Below are positions 1-12,823 of a DNA stretch of 64,000 nt, piece by piece. The notes beneath the pieces were generated by a model. It made no database searches. It was not told the DNA's origin and saw only the letters and a list, made by a program, of their open reading frames with translations. The stretch's first letter is position 1. Each line of letters starts with the position of its first letter. The stretch lies in assembly GCA_043228905.1 (NCBI GenBank), contig JBHGNT010000003.1:23498001-23562000 (forward strand), given 5' to 3'. A program made the translations under genes and the position numbers. Source of the DNA: Azolla caroliniana (taxonomy: Eukaryota; Plantae; Polypodiophyta).

Positions 1-564
1 TTCTATTTGTGTCTAAGTTTAATATCGGAATTTGTCTGAGTAAAATTTTGACATATAACAAACACATAATAATTGCCTACAGAGGAAAGGCTTCCATCAA
101 TCGCCACAATTAACAACTACAAGGACAGACCAATTTCACAAAGGATCGCCCCTTTTTTGGTGTTCCATATTCTAGCCTCATGGCAGGGAAGGTACACCTT
201 TGTGCCAGATTGCAACGGTATGCAACAGAAAGTACATACGAGATTGGCACTCTTAACTACTGGTAGAGCCTCAATTGGTCCACAACTTTTGACTGAAGCT
301 GTGCCACAGGACTATGCCACTGAACCCGTTTCTCCATCAAAAAGAAGTCAGGCAATGTGTCTGAGACACTCTTTCCATGGCAGCCACAAACATCAGGTGT
401 TCATGTATGTACCCTGACACTTACGACAGTCGTAGAGCTAGGTCCAAGATACCATATAGGCAGTCAAGAGCATTGACGTTGCATGTTATGTTGCACAATA
501 AATGTCACGATATGAATCAATCTTAAGACAAGTCTAATTGGTCGTTAGAAGTAATGGTTAACAC

Positions 565-730
565 AATTGGAAGTAGACAAAAATGCCCATGTTCACCCAC
601 TCTCTTTGGTCTTTATATAAGTTGAGAAATCTTGTAGCAACATTGGCAGGCTTTGGAGCATGTTGGCGGAGATAGCCATATTGGTATTACCATATGCAGA
701 TGATATTTTGCTGATTTCTCACTCTCCACT
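565..730 (+). mobile_element. Degenerate non-LTR (RTE-like LINE) reverse transcriptase fragment
   Basis: Manual translation gives GSRQKCPCSPTLFGLYI...PYADDILLISHSP, matching the LINE RT motifs QGCPLSP and YADD; no long ORF. Confidence 0.7.
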
Positions 731-1015
731 GTAACTGTACATAAAATGATTTCTGACTCTCCATAGAGGACTACTTTAAAGGTATTTTTGTACAGAATTA
801 CTTTTTTGTAAGCTTCTACAAAATAAAAATAAAAAACCTTCTATTAAGGATTTGTTCCACTCCACAAGGTAATGGAATACAAAGACCACAATGCTTGAGA
901 TTGTTGTTGTTAAAATTAAAAAACGTACGGAGAGTTGTTAAACGACAACAATATGGCCAAAATACCATCTCCAAACAGTAAAATCCAGCCAAATGTTGCA
1001 AAGTATAGTGGACCG

Positions 1016-1692
1016 TGTTGGAGGGTGGCAGCTCTAGACTTGCACACTCTTTCATCTTTATTATTTCTGCTCTACATTTTCTCTCTTCCTAGATTCTTCT
1101 CTCTCTACATTTTCTCTCTTCCTAGATTCTTCTCTCTCTACAATCTGCAACTCTTTAAATGCCTTCTCTCTCTAGAATCTACAACGCTTTAAATGCCTTT
1201 TCTCTCTTTTCCACTTTTTCCAAGATATTCCCTCTTATTCCTAGTTTATTGTACCTGTTTGGTAGTACAAGAGTCACTTAACTACCAAACAACCATTTGG
1301 CCCACTTTCCCCAATTCTATATAAATAGGCTATACCAACCTCTTTTATAAAGACTTTTACTTTTGCTACTACTTATAAACAACCTCTACTCTTTGCAACC
1401 TTTTTTTCTATTGATGTCTAACAACCTTCTCACAACTTGGTTGTGTTTATTTTGTTCTAACAACTGTTACATTGCTGCTATTAACAGCTTTTCTCACAGA
1501 CCGACTAGCTTTAGTATATGGATCCTCTATACCAGATCCATCATTTGCTAGCTATAGTTTCCTCACCATTTGAACGTTTACCTTTGCTAAGATATTAAAA
1601 TCTCCCCTTGTTTCTTATATGTCTCTACTCCTAGACAAAAATTCAGCCATCCAAGATCTGTTGTATATTCCATCAATCAACTCAAGAAACCA
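1016..1692 (+). mobile_element. Ty1/copia LTR copy, same family as the LTR at 22204-22847
   Basis: Co-linear near-identity with 22204-22847 (ggtggcagctc...gtattccatca...ctcaagaaacca); TG...CA ends; TATA-like tatataaata near 1318; no matching TSD found. Confidence 0.85.
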
Positions 1693-3852
1693 CCTCCCAT
1701 GGCAAGATATGCGTTTGGTCCTTATTGTTTTCCTCCACACTACGGGGGCTATTTCGGAATATCCATCTGTCCAGAGAACCATTCTCCATGAATTCATACA
1801 CGAGAAGGCGATGAGTCCCTTCTGCACAGAAACCCCTCAGCTGGACAAGATTGACGTGACTCAGACTGCCCAGTGCAGCTACCTCTGTTCTGAATTGCTT
1901 CTTCCCTGATGCTGCAATGGTTGCCCGCTCCGAAAACTGGATTAATCACATAAAAAAGTGTAAGTAATATGAGTGATTCAGAGAACTGGATTGATGACAT
2001 TAGGAAAACCGGAACTAGTGTGGCCGTATATATATATATACAAAAAGTGGCTTACCGAGAGCTGTTTCACTGCTACTTTGATTGCACCAGTGCTCTTGGT
2101 GTCCACATTAATGGTATGATTCTGATTTCGATGAGTGGAGGGAGGTAGGATAAGGCCTTCGTAAACGGCACCTGAACCCCCTTTTCCTAGCTTCTTGCTG
2201 AACCCCTCTGTGGCAGCATCTAGCTCCTTGTAAGAGTATCTAGGAGGCAAGCCAGGTAAGCTTTCCAGGAAAGCCTCTTCTTCTGAATCAGGATACTCCA
2301 CTGCCTTCCTTGCTGGTCTTTTACCAATGAACACTCCCAGAATTGCAAGGCCAATGACCAGAACACCTAACCCAACACTTAGGCCGATGATGACATTCTT
2401 GGGGATTCCATTGCCATTAGAAACACCAGGTGTAACAGGTAAGTGTGCGACCCTGAGGTAGGCGGTGACACTGGGGTTAGCACCAGATTGCATGGTCTGA
2501 ACTTGGTCATATAGATGGCAAGCCTGGGTGCTGTTGTCGTAAAAGGCTGCAGTGCAAGAGCAATTGGGCAAGCATAAATTAGTGCATTCTTGGGCATTCA
2601 TCACAAACTGAGGTTCCATGTATGTATTGGCAAAGTAATCCACCCCTGGCACCTCCAGAAATTGATGTTCCGTAGCTATGCTGCAATTCAATGGAGTGGT
2701 GAGGCGACATCCCTGTCGAAGATCAGATGAGTCCAAGGGCGTGAAGAGACTTGGGCAGCTGCAAGTTTGGACAGAGCTACAAAGGCTGTTTACACTGCAG
2801 TAGGAGGGTAGCTTACAGTAGGTGCTGAAGAATCCTTTGAAAAGTTCATTGTCGAGTTGGAGGCCATTATCAGAGAGGAGAAAGGAGTCTATGTCACCTG
2901 TGGGCATGAGACGCAGATATCGGAAGCCGGAACCGCCCAAACGGGTACTAAAAGAGATGCCATGAATTGTGAACCCTTCAGTTTCTGCTTGACACTGGGG
3001 AGTAATCACAGAGCCTTCTTGCTCTAGAGTAACCCCTGATCCATCTGCGTTATAAATCACCTCAGTGCGGTTGCAAGCAGAGTGCAAAGCCATGGTGAGG
3101 TTACTGACAGCGCCTTGTGCATAAGTGATGAGCTCGTAGGGTATATTGGTCTGTTGCTGATCGAAGGTTGCATAGAGTACAGGGCCACCAGGCTCAGCTC
3201 TGAGGACATAATGCCCAGTGGAAACATCATCCAGTGACAGGCGTGCTGTGACAGTATGGTTAGGCCTAAGGGCCTGTCCTGCGAGGATAAGATCTGTAGG
3301 GTAATCGTAGCTCTGCCAGAGGGTGGAGTTCCTGTCGTCTTGCATCACAAGATTCCCCGTGCTATTCATCAGGACACTATATATTCCTGGAGGAGAAGAC
3401 CAAACCACACTGGTAGAAGAATTAGCATTAATAGAAGTATTGGCAGAGGTTCTGTTGATGGTGGTGCTAATTGAGGTGTGGTCTTGAAGTATGATCTGTC
3501 GGTCAGGGTAAATGAGGTTTAGGGTTGCGTTGGGCGAGACAGGATGGTCTCTGTTGGCAATCCAAACGATCGTAGTGTTGAAGAGGGTGCTTAGGATGAC
3601 GAGAAGTCGTTGTGTGTTGTTTTGATATGGTACGAATTGCCATGTGAAGGACCCATCCTGACTAAGAAGGATCTGGACGTTCGTATTCTGTGCGGTAGCT
3701 ATGGTGGTGTTGCGATCAGGTATTGATAATAGGTCAGGAATTGTGGTGGCACTGTAACATGGTATGAGGATGAGATGTAGAGAGGCAGCTATGATTGGAA
3801 TGGTGAGTAAAAGAGCTATGAACATCTTGCAGTGTGGATGAGGAGGATACAT
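1682..3852 (-). CDS. G-type lectin S-receptor-like kinase (SD2-type), C-terminally truncated; exons 3852-2056 and 1936-1682
   Basis: Signal peptide, B-lectin (WIANRDHPV, LWQSYDYPTD), EGF-like (CKLPSYCSVNSLC..CSCP), PAN (CTNLCLPNCSCTAAFY), TM, FLESLPGLPPRYSYKEL, LGKGGSGAVY, VAVKQL. A phase-0 GT-AG intron leads to KKQFRTEVAALGSLSHVNLVQLRGFCAEGTHRLLVYEFMENGSLDRWIF...LPWEV, which runs into the LTR and stops (VS*). Confidence 0.85.
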
Positions 3853-5096
3853 CGTGATCGCGTATCAACTGATGGGCGAAAAACAGGTTTAAGTGAAGGA
3901 AATTAATCTGAGCAGAAAAAGAAGAAGACAGTAGAAGACCCTATGCAGGTATCATGTTGGGCAGCATGGTGGACATGGAGAAGAAGAAGAAGAAGAAGAA
4001 GATGGAATTAGTATTTGGGCTTTAGCTGCTTACCAGATCCATTATAGATAACTGGATATTCAATTCAATGGAGCTTCATTACCCAATGATGATTCCCAAT
4101 ATACAAAGCAACAAGAAGCATTGAATAATCCTGGGAAAGAGATTTAACTTCCAAAGACAGGGGGGGGGCAAGAGAAATGGATGACAATTTCAAAACGCAA
4201 GCATTATATGGATTATGAATTGGTTGGAGATTTCTGGTCTCCAACGCAGAGAGGATGAGATTTTTTTTAATGTTTTTCTTCCATCCTTTGACCTAATTTT
4301 CTTCATTGCTTGTAAAGTATCTGGTATGGTGCTAAACGATCAATCTCTGAACACTGGTAACCATCTACCCTCATTCTTCCAATGAGACTTTGAAACCATG
4401 GTTGATACACAGTTCATCCAACCATACTAAAGCTACGAATGTAACGTGCCTTGCGTGTTCTCACTTGTTACACGGTTTGTAAGTAACAAGACTGAGTTTT
4501 TTAAGGTCACCACATTCATGCAAGCCATCCTCCAAGCTCAAATGATAAGGCGGATTTAGAAGACACAAAAGGATAAAACATTTGGTACATTTCTTGATGA
4601 ACCATTTCTTTTAAATCCATTTGTTGCTACTAACCAAAGATTATAGTCATGAGATCAATACGATGCATGTCATCATTAGTTGGTATTAGCCGTAGATTAT
4701 GGTCATGACCCTGTGAGATAAATATGCATATATTGTATCAAAGAGGCACTTTAGAAGTTACTTGTCTATGAACAAAAAACAAACATATGCCCTCCCTCCC
4801 CCTTCCTCTATCTGTGTTGACTAACTAGTACGGGTTTTCTAGACAAGTTTTCCAAGGTTGTGTAACATTTTCAAAAAGGTTTGGACGTGTGGACACAAAC
4901 CTCTGAACCCAGTCATTGCTCTCAAGGGACACACACCCACACCCCCCACCCCACACATGGGCAAATCAAAGAGAGGAAGGGAAGCTTTTTCCTTGACTTT
5001 TTTGTCACCAGTTCTGCAAAAGAAAGGAAGACTAAGAAAAAAGAGAGAGGATGGAGATGTGCCAACAGACTAAAGTGAGAAAGAGAGAAAAAAGAG

Positions 5097-7442
5097 CTCC
5101 TATGATAATGTTTACAGACATAAAGAATGATTACTGCCCATGGTCCATTATCCTCTTTGCATGGACTTCTGCATCAGTCTGAGGAACATGGTACACAGGG
5201 CCATTTGTACCCACAGAAGCTTCTAACATAACTTTTTGAAGATGACCTACCAGAGCGAACATTTTTATATTCTCCACTCTCTTCATCTGTGTGTAGCCTT
5301 GAGCTAATATTATGGTTTGCACTTCTCTAGGGAACCATCAGCCTTGTACTTCTGTCTTTCAAACCCATCGTGCTCTAATCACCTCCCAACATAGAGACCA
5401 ATTGACCAAGCTTCTAGTTTTGTTTTCTCTATGATTCGGATTTCTGCATCCATTGCCAATTTCCATACATATTCTGCCAACACTTCAGCCATTGATGATA
5501 TACTCCCCTACTTTGAAGATTTCAACTATTAATCTCATAATGAAGGCTGTCCACTTCAAACACCTTTTCATCTATGCTCCTAGATCATCTAGACTAATCC
5601 ATTGGTTGGTATCATAAAATGTCTAATATATATCATTGATGGCATTTCCAAATCACATCTCCCACCCAAATTTCATGAAAAATAAGTCAAATTCTAGGTA
5701 AAACAATTTCTCAGATAATAAATTGAACACTAAGCTAGTTACACTAGAGGAAATTAGAGAAAACCTGTAGTTGAAGTCCCAGATGTTCTCGAGCATATTG
5801 ACGGAGAACGTCGAGGACAATTGGCAATGAAGGCAACACACTACTTGACAATCCACCAAAGAGATCATTTGCTTTCATCAATGCCTCATGCCCAGAAAGG
5901 ATGTGTTTAGGACATAATGTCTGCTAAGTTATAGCAGGATTTCCTGCTGATGTAGCAGAGGTGATCTTTCGATGAACTTTGAGCGGGAAATTTGAATTTT
6001 TTGGCGCCAACGGCTATTTCGTGGCCCGTAGGATGATCGTAATCAGCGAGAATCGCGGTGATTTTTTCCTTGCAACGGCTAAATCTCAACAATGCTTAGC
6101 ATTAACCGGACGAATAGCTTGCTAATGTCTGGGTGATTAAGGGGGTGCGGGGGGGGGGGGGGGGGGGGGGGGATTAAAACTAAAAAAACAGAAAATTAAC
6201 TTAATGAAAATTTTAATTAACATGGTTTCCTTTCGATTTCTTCCCTCATTAAGTGGGTTGCCTACGAGTGTTTGATCACTCAAAGTCGGCTTCAAGCGTC
6301 GATCGTATCCCAGGCAGCAGCGCCAAATAGATGTGTATGATCTATGTATTGATGGAGTTAACTCCTTGATGTCATTCGCGGAGTTCGGGCCGGCGTATAC
6401 CCTTTTGATGGCGATTCGGGCGAAGATGGTTGTCGGACACCTCCGAGCCTCACACTCACTTAACAATTAATAGATGATTAAGCATGATATCTCTCTCACT
6501 CTCTCAAGCTCCCTCTCATAGAAAAAATAGGGTAATGAATATAGAGAATAGGAGTAATGAATCTGTTATTAACCCTCTTTGCTAAGAGGTCTAACACCAA
6601 CAAGGAAGCGATATTAGTGTTCTCTAACTAAACACTTCACTAATCTCTCTTAAGCTTAAAGGTTACAAGAAAGAGGAGAGGAACCTCTAGCTCTTAATTA
6701 ATAGGGAGATCTTTATAAATGGAAGAACCCTTACAAAGTCACCACCATGTGGTTTATATAGCATTTACATTTAGGGTATGGACTTTTCACACTTGGATGT
6801 CCTTTAGCCCTCTTGTCTCTTGCCATTCCCTCTTTGTAGGTCCTTTAGCCATACTATGTCCTTGTTGATGCGCTCTTCTTCACAACTGGTTGTGGTACAA
6901 TCCAAGTGCTTAACAAATGACGCTTCTTAAACAAATGTATGCATATACAATACATTTGTATTTCTTACTCCAAATCTACCTTCTCTTTGTTCTTGGATAA
7001 GATTTTCCCACACTTTTTGTATTGCAAGCTGCCATGACAAGTCCTCTTTATCGTTGCTTTTGGGAGAGTTCAAGTCAATAGTCACATTACTTTACGATGA
7101 AAGGTTGGGTGCAAATAGTGCATGATGAAATGACATTCCTAATTATAAAAGATTTAGTGTCAACATTGAATAGACCAAACCAGCTGTAAATTGAGATTCC
7201 ATTGAAAGATGAAAATTGACTCACCAACATTAGTACAAACTTTAAGAAGAGGAGAAAGCAACAACTTAGGATCCCCGTTGTGGCATACAATTCATTAGGA
7301 GAACCTAAACAAAGGAAATAGCACAATTTATTCATCCAATAAAGATTTGAAACCAAAAAGTAAAATTAAAGCAAAGTCTAAATTTATAAGCAATCAATGC
7401 ACTTGGCCAAAAGAGAAATGGACCAGGTTAAAGTCAAGATTG
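5097..7442 (-). pseudogene. Duplicated FPGS fragment (exons 12-14 with introns), copy of ~22855-24238
   Basis: Co-linear with 22855-23722 and 23723-24238. Contains [15 protein letters not shown] and [14 protein letters not shown]->TAA stop near 7091 and a +1 C frameshift near 7273. Interrupted by the 5965-6915 insertion. Confidence 0.9.
5965..6915 (-). mobile_element. Truncated LTR retrotransposon (5' LTR, PBS, leader), probably gypsy Athila/Tat-like
   Basis: Absent from the parental FPGS intron. On the - strand it starts TGTTAAGC at 6915 and has tatataaa. An 18-nt PBS TGGCGCTGCTGCCTGGGA (6325-6308) resembles the Athila tRNA-Asp PBS. Poly-G tract at 6141-6173. Confidence 0.65.
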
Positions 7443-8760
7443 TTCCCAAATCTCACCGGGAAAGGATGTTCTAAGGGCTTATAGTTTTTGAACCATTCAA
7501 CTCTTGAGGTAAGGTGACATGTGGCACCTACATCAAGAATCCACATTGAAGTGGAAGAGTGAATAAATGAAGTCAGGGCCATGAAGGCAATGAAGGAATC
7601 TTCATTGTCCTCATCGGAATTTTGGTCACTATGATATATGTTATCATTTTGATCATAGTCATCATGTGATGCATTGTAAGATTGGTCTTCTTTATATGTT
7701 CTTTTCCCTTTGTTGTTAGAATTCCTATAACAATCTTTCGTTTCATGTCCACTCCTTTGACAATTTTTGCAAAAGGATTTAAGGAACCTGAATTTGTTAT
7801 GATCTCTTGAATCATTAAATTTGGAGGTTCATGAATAAAATTTGGAGTTAGTAGGTTGGTATGTTGATCTAGGTTTATTGTAAGGTTTTGTATTGTATTT
7901 TGGATGTTTGATATAAAGTGCGGTGTGAGATGAGGAGGGTTGATTTATTGCCCTACGAAATATGTTTTCTTGTGAGATTGATGCCACTAATGTTGGGACA
8001 CTAATGTTGACTGATGAGGATTTTGTGGTTATAAATGGTTTCCATGATGGGGGTAGGGCGGCTAACAAGAGGGCAGATTGAACGGAACTTGGCAAACTAA
8101 GTCCTGAAAGGATCACATCATCAAGCCAAAGTCTCCAATTTTTGACAAATGTGTCAACATCATCATTTTCATTCATATTCATATTTATTAATGTTTTTAA
8201 ATTGGCAACTTGGGACGTAACGTCCGTATGGAGGTAGTCAACCTCTAATCTATCCCATATTTTTTTGGAGGTAGTCAAGGTTCTCAGACTTCGCTTAAGT
8301 GTGTCCTCCATATGAAGGAGAAGTTCTAAGCGAGCATTTAGATCACGTCACATCCACGTTTGCACATCGAGTGCATTTGTGGGGTCATGAATGTCAGGGC
8401 ACACGTCGGTTCCATCCATGATATTTAACAAATTATATTGTTCTAATATAATTTCCATGGTCATACGCCATGGTTGATAGTTTTTATCATTCAATTTTTC
8501 AATGTTATAAGTGTGAGATGATACCTGGGCGGCATTTGCCGCCACATTCGCTATCGGTCCCGTGTTTGACATGGTCGAAAAACGTTTCTTTGATTCACAC
8601 GTTCGTTATTGACACCGCGAAAAAAATTCTTGGTGGGGTTGGGCTCCTTCACCGCTCTGATACCATGTAGGAATTAAGAGATGGAAAGAGAGGGAGAGAG
8701 GGGGAGAGAAAGAAACTTTTATTAATGAAGAATTTGTCTCTCTCTACAACCAACCGACCA
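7443..8760 (-). mobile_element. 5' part of a Ty1/copia element (LTR end, PBS, gag, protease), degenerate
   Basis: PBS TGGTATCAGAGC (tRNA-iMet) at 8665-8654 directly after ...CA. Gag IEKLNDKNYQPW and UBN2-like SKKIWDRLE; zinc knuckle CKNCQRSGHETKDC; protease WILDVGATCHLT; stops and frameshifts. Outer LTR boundary uncertain. Confidence 0.9.
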
Positions 8761-8892
8761 CACAGAGAGATATTGTGGTGGTTATAGGTGCACCCTATTT
8801 TTGGAGTGCACCTTTTCATATTGTTTAATATCCTTTCGTTGTGTCTATTTTTATATTTATTTATTGTAACTAATTAGTTTATTGCAACACAG

Positions 8893-9274
8893 AAAGCCAT
8901 TCCATATGTGAATTTTATCATCCGTGATTTGGCCATGGCAGCTAAAGTTGGCAAAAACATGCTTGCTCCCTCTACATCCTTTCTTCTAGCAAACCATTGG
9001 TTGATTCCCCAGTTCAAAGTGAGGAAATTAGACAATTCCTAGGATTGTAATCGTCGTAGTATTATAAGATAGAAGATATTGGAGGCTTCGGAAGAATGGC
9101 AAGTTAGGTTGGCGTCTGTATTGGCAAACAATGGAGGTCTCACCGACCATAACGTCAACGAGAAGTTCCGTCTCAAGCACCATATATGAGAAAACCACCC
9201 ATGCAAGGGCGGATCACATTGCATGGTTGTGCCACAAGCACTACAAAGAACATAGGGCTTCCTTAGTAGGGTAG
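8893..9274 (+). pseudogene. C-terminal fragment of a second TORNADO1-like gene
   Basis: Manual translation KAIPYVNFII..AAKVG...ILEASEEWQVRLASVLANNGGLTDHNVNEKFRL...IAWLCHKHY aligns with KALPYINGLA..VAKLG...ILQSSEEWQKCLASILKEKYGG...DKFLL...VAWLCDKHY of ORF 12824-13783; contains stops and a frameshift. Confidence 0.8.
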
Positions 9275-9954
9275 AATATCATATCTTCAGCTTTACTAAT
9301 GTGGGGGTGAGACTAGCACCATATCCATACAATTGGGTTTAATCGCTAGTGTTCTAGGTCATGCTTTTGAATTTGAATTGTATAACTTGGTGTTTTTGCT
9401 TCCTAACTCAACTAATAGTTGGTATATGCTTGATGGGTTATACATTTCCCTAATCTAGAGTTGATATACCTTTTTTTGATTCAATAATCTTGGCTATTGA
9501 TTCTCTATCATGTACATTGCAGTTCATCCTTTATCAACACCTTAGACAAGGAAGAGATAATGCATGATGATGTTATTATATATGTGTGGGCATGTGCATA
9601 ACATTATGTTAGGACCACATCACGAATTTTTATAACATGTGTGCAACATAGTTGAGCTAAAAGAGTTAGTTTTGATTTTTTTAGGAGTAATTTTGATCAT
9701 TCTGTAGAAAACAACAAAGGGGTGGAGGTGCAAACTAATACCACCTTAACTGGATGATGCCATCAAGGAACAAAAACATGTATAGAGGACATATGCAACT
9801 TTCTCAAAAGTAAAAAAATAGTGTCCATGTAATTTTCTGGAGCCAAAATGCCCAAGGTTATGGATGAATTCTTATATCGATAACCCCTTCTATTACCTTG
9901 TAATTGCTTACATTACAATGAACAAACACAATGACGAAGGATGTCCAACAACAA

Positions 9955-10800
9955 CCAACATGAGGTGGGAAAGTTTGATGACAAAAATAGTGGCTTATGG
10001 GATGCCCAAATTCAAGATGTCGTAGAATAATCCCAACAAAGCATAGTGATTCGTACAATGACAAAGTCACAAAATATGCTAGAAGGAGAATGGGAACTAT
10101 TGGACACGAGTCAGCGAAATCAACCCATCCACATACACTTGTGGGAAACGTATATTTTGAATTGCACCACCAAACCTCTAGTGTACCCTCTATAGGTGGG
10201 ACACAAAAATACATATGAACATAAAAATGGGTCGACAAAGGTGATTCATATTGAATTAGCTCTTCATCATGAGCACAAAGGAATATGACCTAGTTGTTGC
10301 CCACCACATGAACACCATCAAAAGACTCCTTGAAAAGTTTTGGGTCGAAGAACACAACCATGGACAAAAAGGTGATGTTGTTGGCTCTACTATCCACCAG
10401 ATTATGTGGGTCATCCATTCTTTTGTATAGTTGATAGAGGTAACCAGTAAACACATCAAAAATACTCTTATGGAATTGTGGCAAAAGAAATGCGTAGAAT
10501 GTCTATGGGCCAATCATTGTGTTTCTAACTGGCATGAAGTGCACACCATCAAATCAGATTGTTTCTACCAGAAATATCCGAAGGGAACCTGCAATGAATA
10601 AACAATTTGACGAGCTGATACTTGCAACATCTCGCAACAGTCTAAAATCAAGAAGACTTGGTCTAGAGGCATATATAGCACACATTGGGGAAAACCCAAA
10701 TACTGATTGTCTGATTGCTAGTGGTGTGCCAATCAAAGAAGCATAGACCAAATGTTTGGAAAAAATCAAAGACTCGTCCAATATGTTTTTGCACATCATA
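9955..10800 (+). mobile_element. Highly degenerate Ty1/copia (Tnt1-like) gag-protease relic
   Basis: VGKFDDKNSGLWDAQIQDVV...MLEGEWELLD...IHIHL..NVYFEL (gag) and DCLIASG (degenerate protease WxxDSG); many stops and frameshifts. Confidence 0.7.
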
Positions 10801-12823
10801 GAGATCGAGAAAGCTCTACCATAAGTTAAGCAATGCCAAGGAGTAAAACAACATAATATGTGGGAATGGCAATATCTGATTTTAATCCGATTACCATACC
10901 ATGGTCCATAACTCCATCATCTTGAAGCAAGTGAGACACATAGTCAACCTACATCGAAATCGAATATCCGGTGGAATGTTATCCAACAAGAGATATCGTA
11001 CCATCTTCTCCGAGAATAGCTTGGCAGATTTGAAATGGAAAACACTTCATTTTAATGTGCCCCTTGGCAATATTAAATTTGAGAACAAGAATAATAATAG
11101 ATTCCAATTTAAAAACTAATACCAATCATACACACACACACACACACACACAATCTTAAACAAGAACCTTCACCTGTACTTGATCATATATGTGTGCACT
11201 TAATTATATATTCTTTTTGATATCTTGTTACTTGAACAAAAAGAAACCACACACTATCGTCCCTACAAGGATTTGTACATAATCATCTCATTTGTAAAAT
11301 TTTATAATTAATGGAAGGAGTTTTTTTTTTGGAAAAAAAAAGAAGAAAAAAGAAAAGAAAAAGAAACCACACACTATCTTGTGCAAGTAAATATATATTC
11401 TTTTTTATATCTAGTTACTTGCACTAGAATCCAATCACTATTAATGGATGTAGATAAAGTGAAGGGTCTACATAAAGTTTGTTGTTTAGTGTAGTGTTGA
11501 ACCTAGAAAAAGAAGAAAATGTAATTTTTCCTTTATTTGACACCATTCTCTAATAGGACAAACCTTTTAATGTTTTAGGTATCTACTGAGAGTGTAAAGG
11601 AGAGTAAGTATGTGGTGCTTCTAAATATCTTATGCGAGTAAATATACATTCTTGTTGATATCTAGTTACTTGCACTAGAATCCAACCATTATTGTTGAAT
11701 GTAAGGGTGTATGTGATAATTTCTTGACCCGATAGGATGATGATATATCTTTTTGTTAAGGACTATCAATTTGTTAGCATTGTCGTGATGTGGTAGGTAT
11801 AAAGGTAGACCATAGAATATAGAGAAAAAGGGGAAAGGGGGGGACAAACACAAAGATGTAAACATGTATATATGAAACCAATAATATAATACCAAACAAT
11901 AAAGTACCAAATGGTTAATTGCAAAGCTTTCCTTGACTTGGGCATTAGCCCGATTGGAATCAAATCTTCGATAATTACAATGTTATTCCACAAAAAAAGA
12001 GGGAAAATTTACTCTAGGCAATCCATGAACAGGTTAAAAGTCCTCCCCACAACATCACACTCTCCTTTGTTCAGGTCCCCAAGGGTCTTGCTAGAATAGC
12101 ACATGCACATGTGTCATCGCAACGGTGTGATGATCAGCCATTTCAAAATATATGTTGAAACAATGGTAAGCTTGGAAGAAAATTATTATTTGATTTAAAA
12201 TTTGAAAACTAAATAAAGATATTATATTTTTAAAAAGCTTTGGTCACAGTGGTTAATGTGTGTCTTCATCTCATGCATTTGGTATGATGCCATAGAAGAA
12301 TTTGGCTACACTTATTTTATGATTCTAACTTATGCTAATCTCTATGGAATGAGCACAAGCTCAACAAAAACATCAAGAAGGAAATGATATAAGGACCAAT
12401 GACCTAATGCAAAACCCCACCTTTAGATCACATAGCACAAAATCTATGAATATAACATATCTAATGTACAAATCCTAATATAAACAGAATATGTGTATAA
12501 CACACTGCTCAATACATGTCACTTTTCTATCATGTTGTAATTTGTTATAAGCAAAAAGATGACTAAAAGGGAGGAAAAACCTTCACCCATTCAAAGTACA
12601 AAAAGAGTGAGCGTTTTATTATAACACAAAGGTAATTATTGTTTAGATACATAAGCATACTTGTGTACTAAGACAAAATTACATTGATGTTAGCAATCGA
12701 AACATTTGCCCAAATACTAGTAGGCACATTTTCAAAGCAATGAGATATGTACTTACTGCCTTTCTTTTGTCAAATCTCTGTGGGCAGGACATAATTCAGT
12801 TTAGAGGGAATGAATGGTGTGTG

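Noticed and set aside
73-417. 114-aa ORF as a gene, or as the missing kinase C-lobe
   Set aside because: No recognisable motif; no HRD/DFG/APE found on either strand in 1-1015.
1978-2055. C-terminus of the 624-aa ORF (VSHFLYIYIYGH...)
   Set aside because: This is read-through into a GT-AG intron; the kinase continues in the exon at 1936-1682.
9858-10799. Cluster of - strand Cys/His-rich ORFs as a novel gene or transposase
   Set aside because: They are antisense shadows of a degenerate + strand copia gag-protease.
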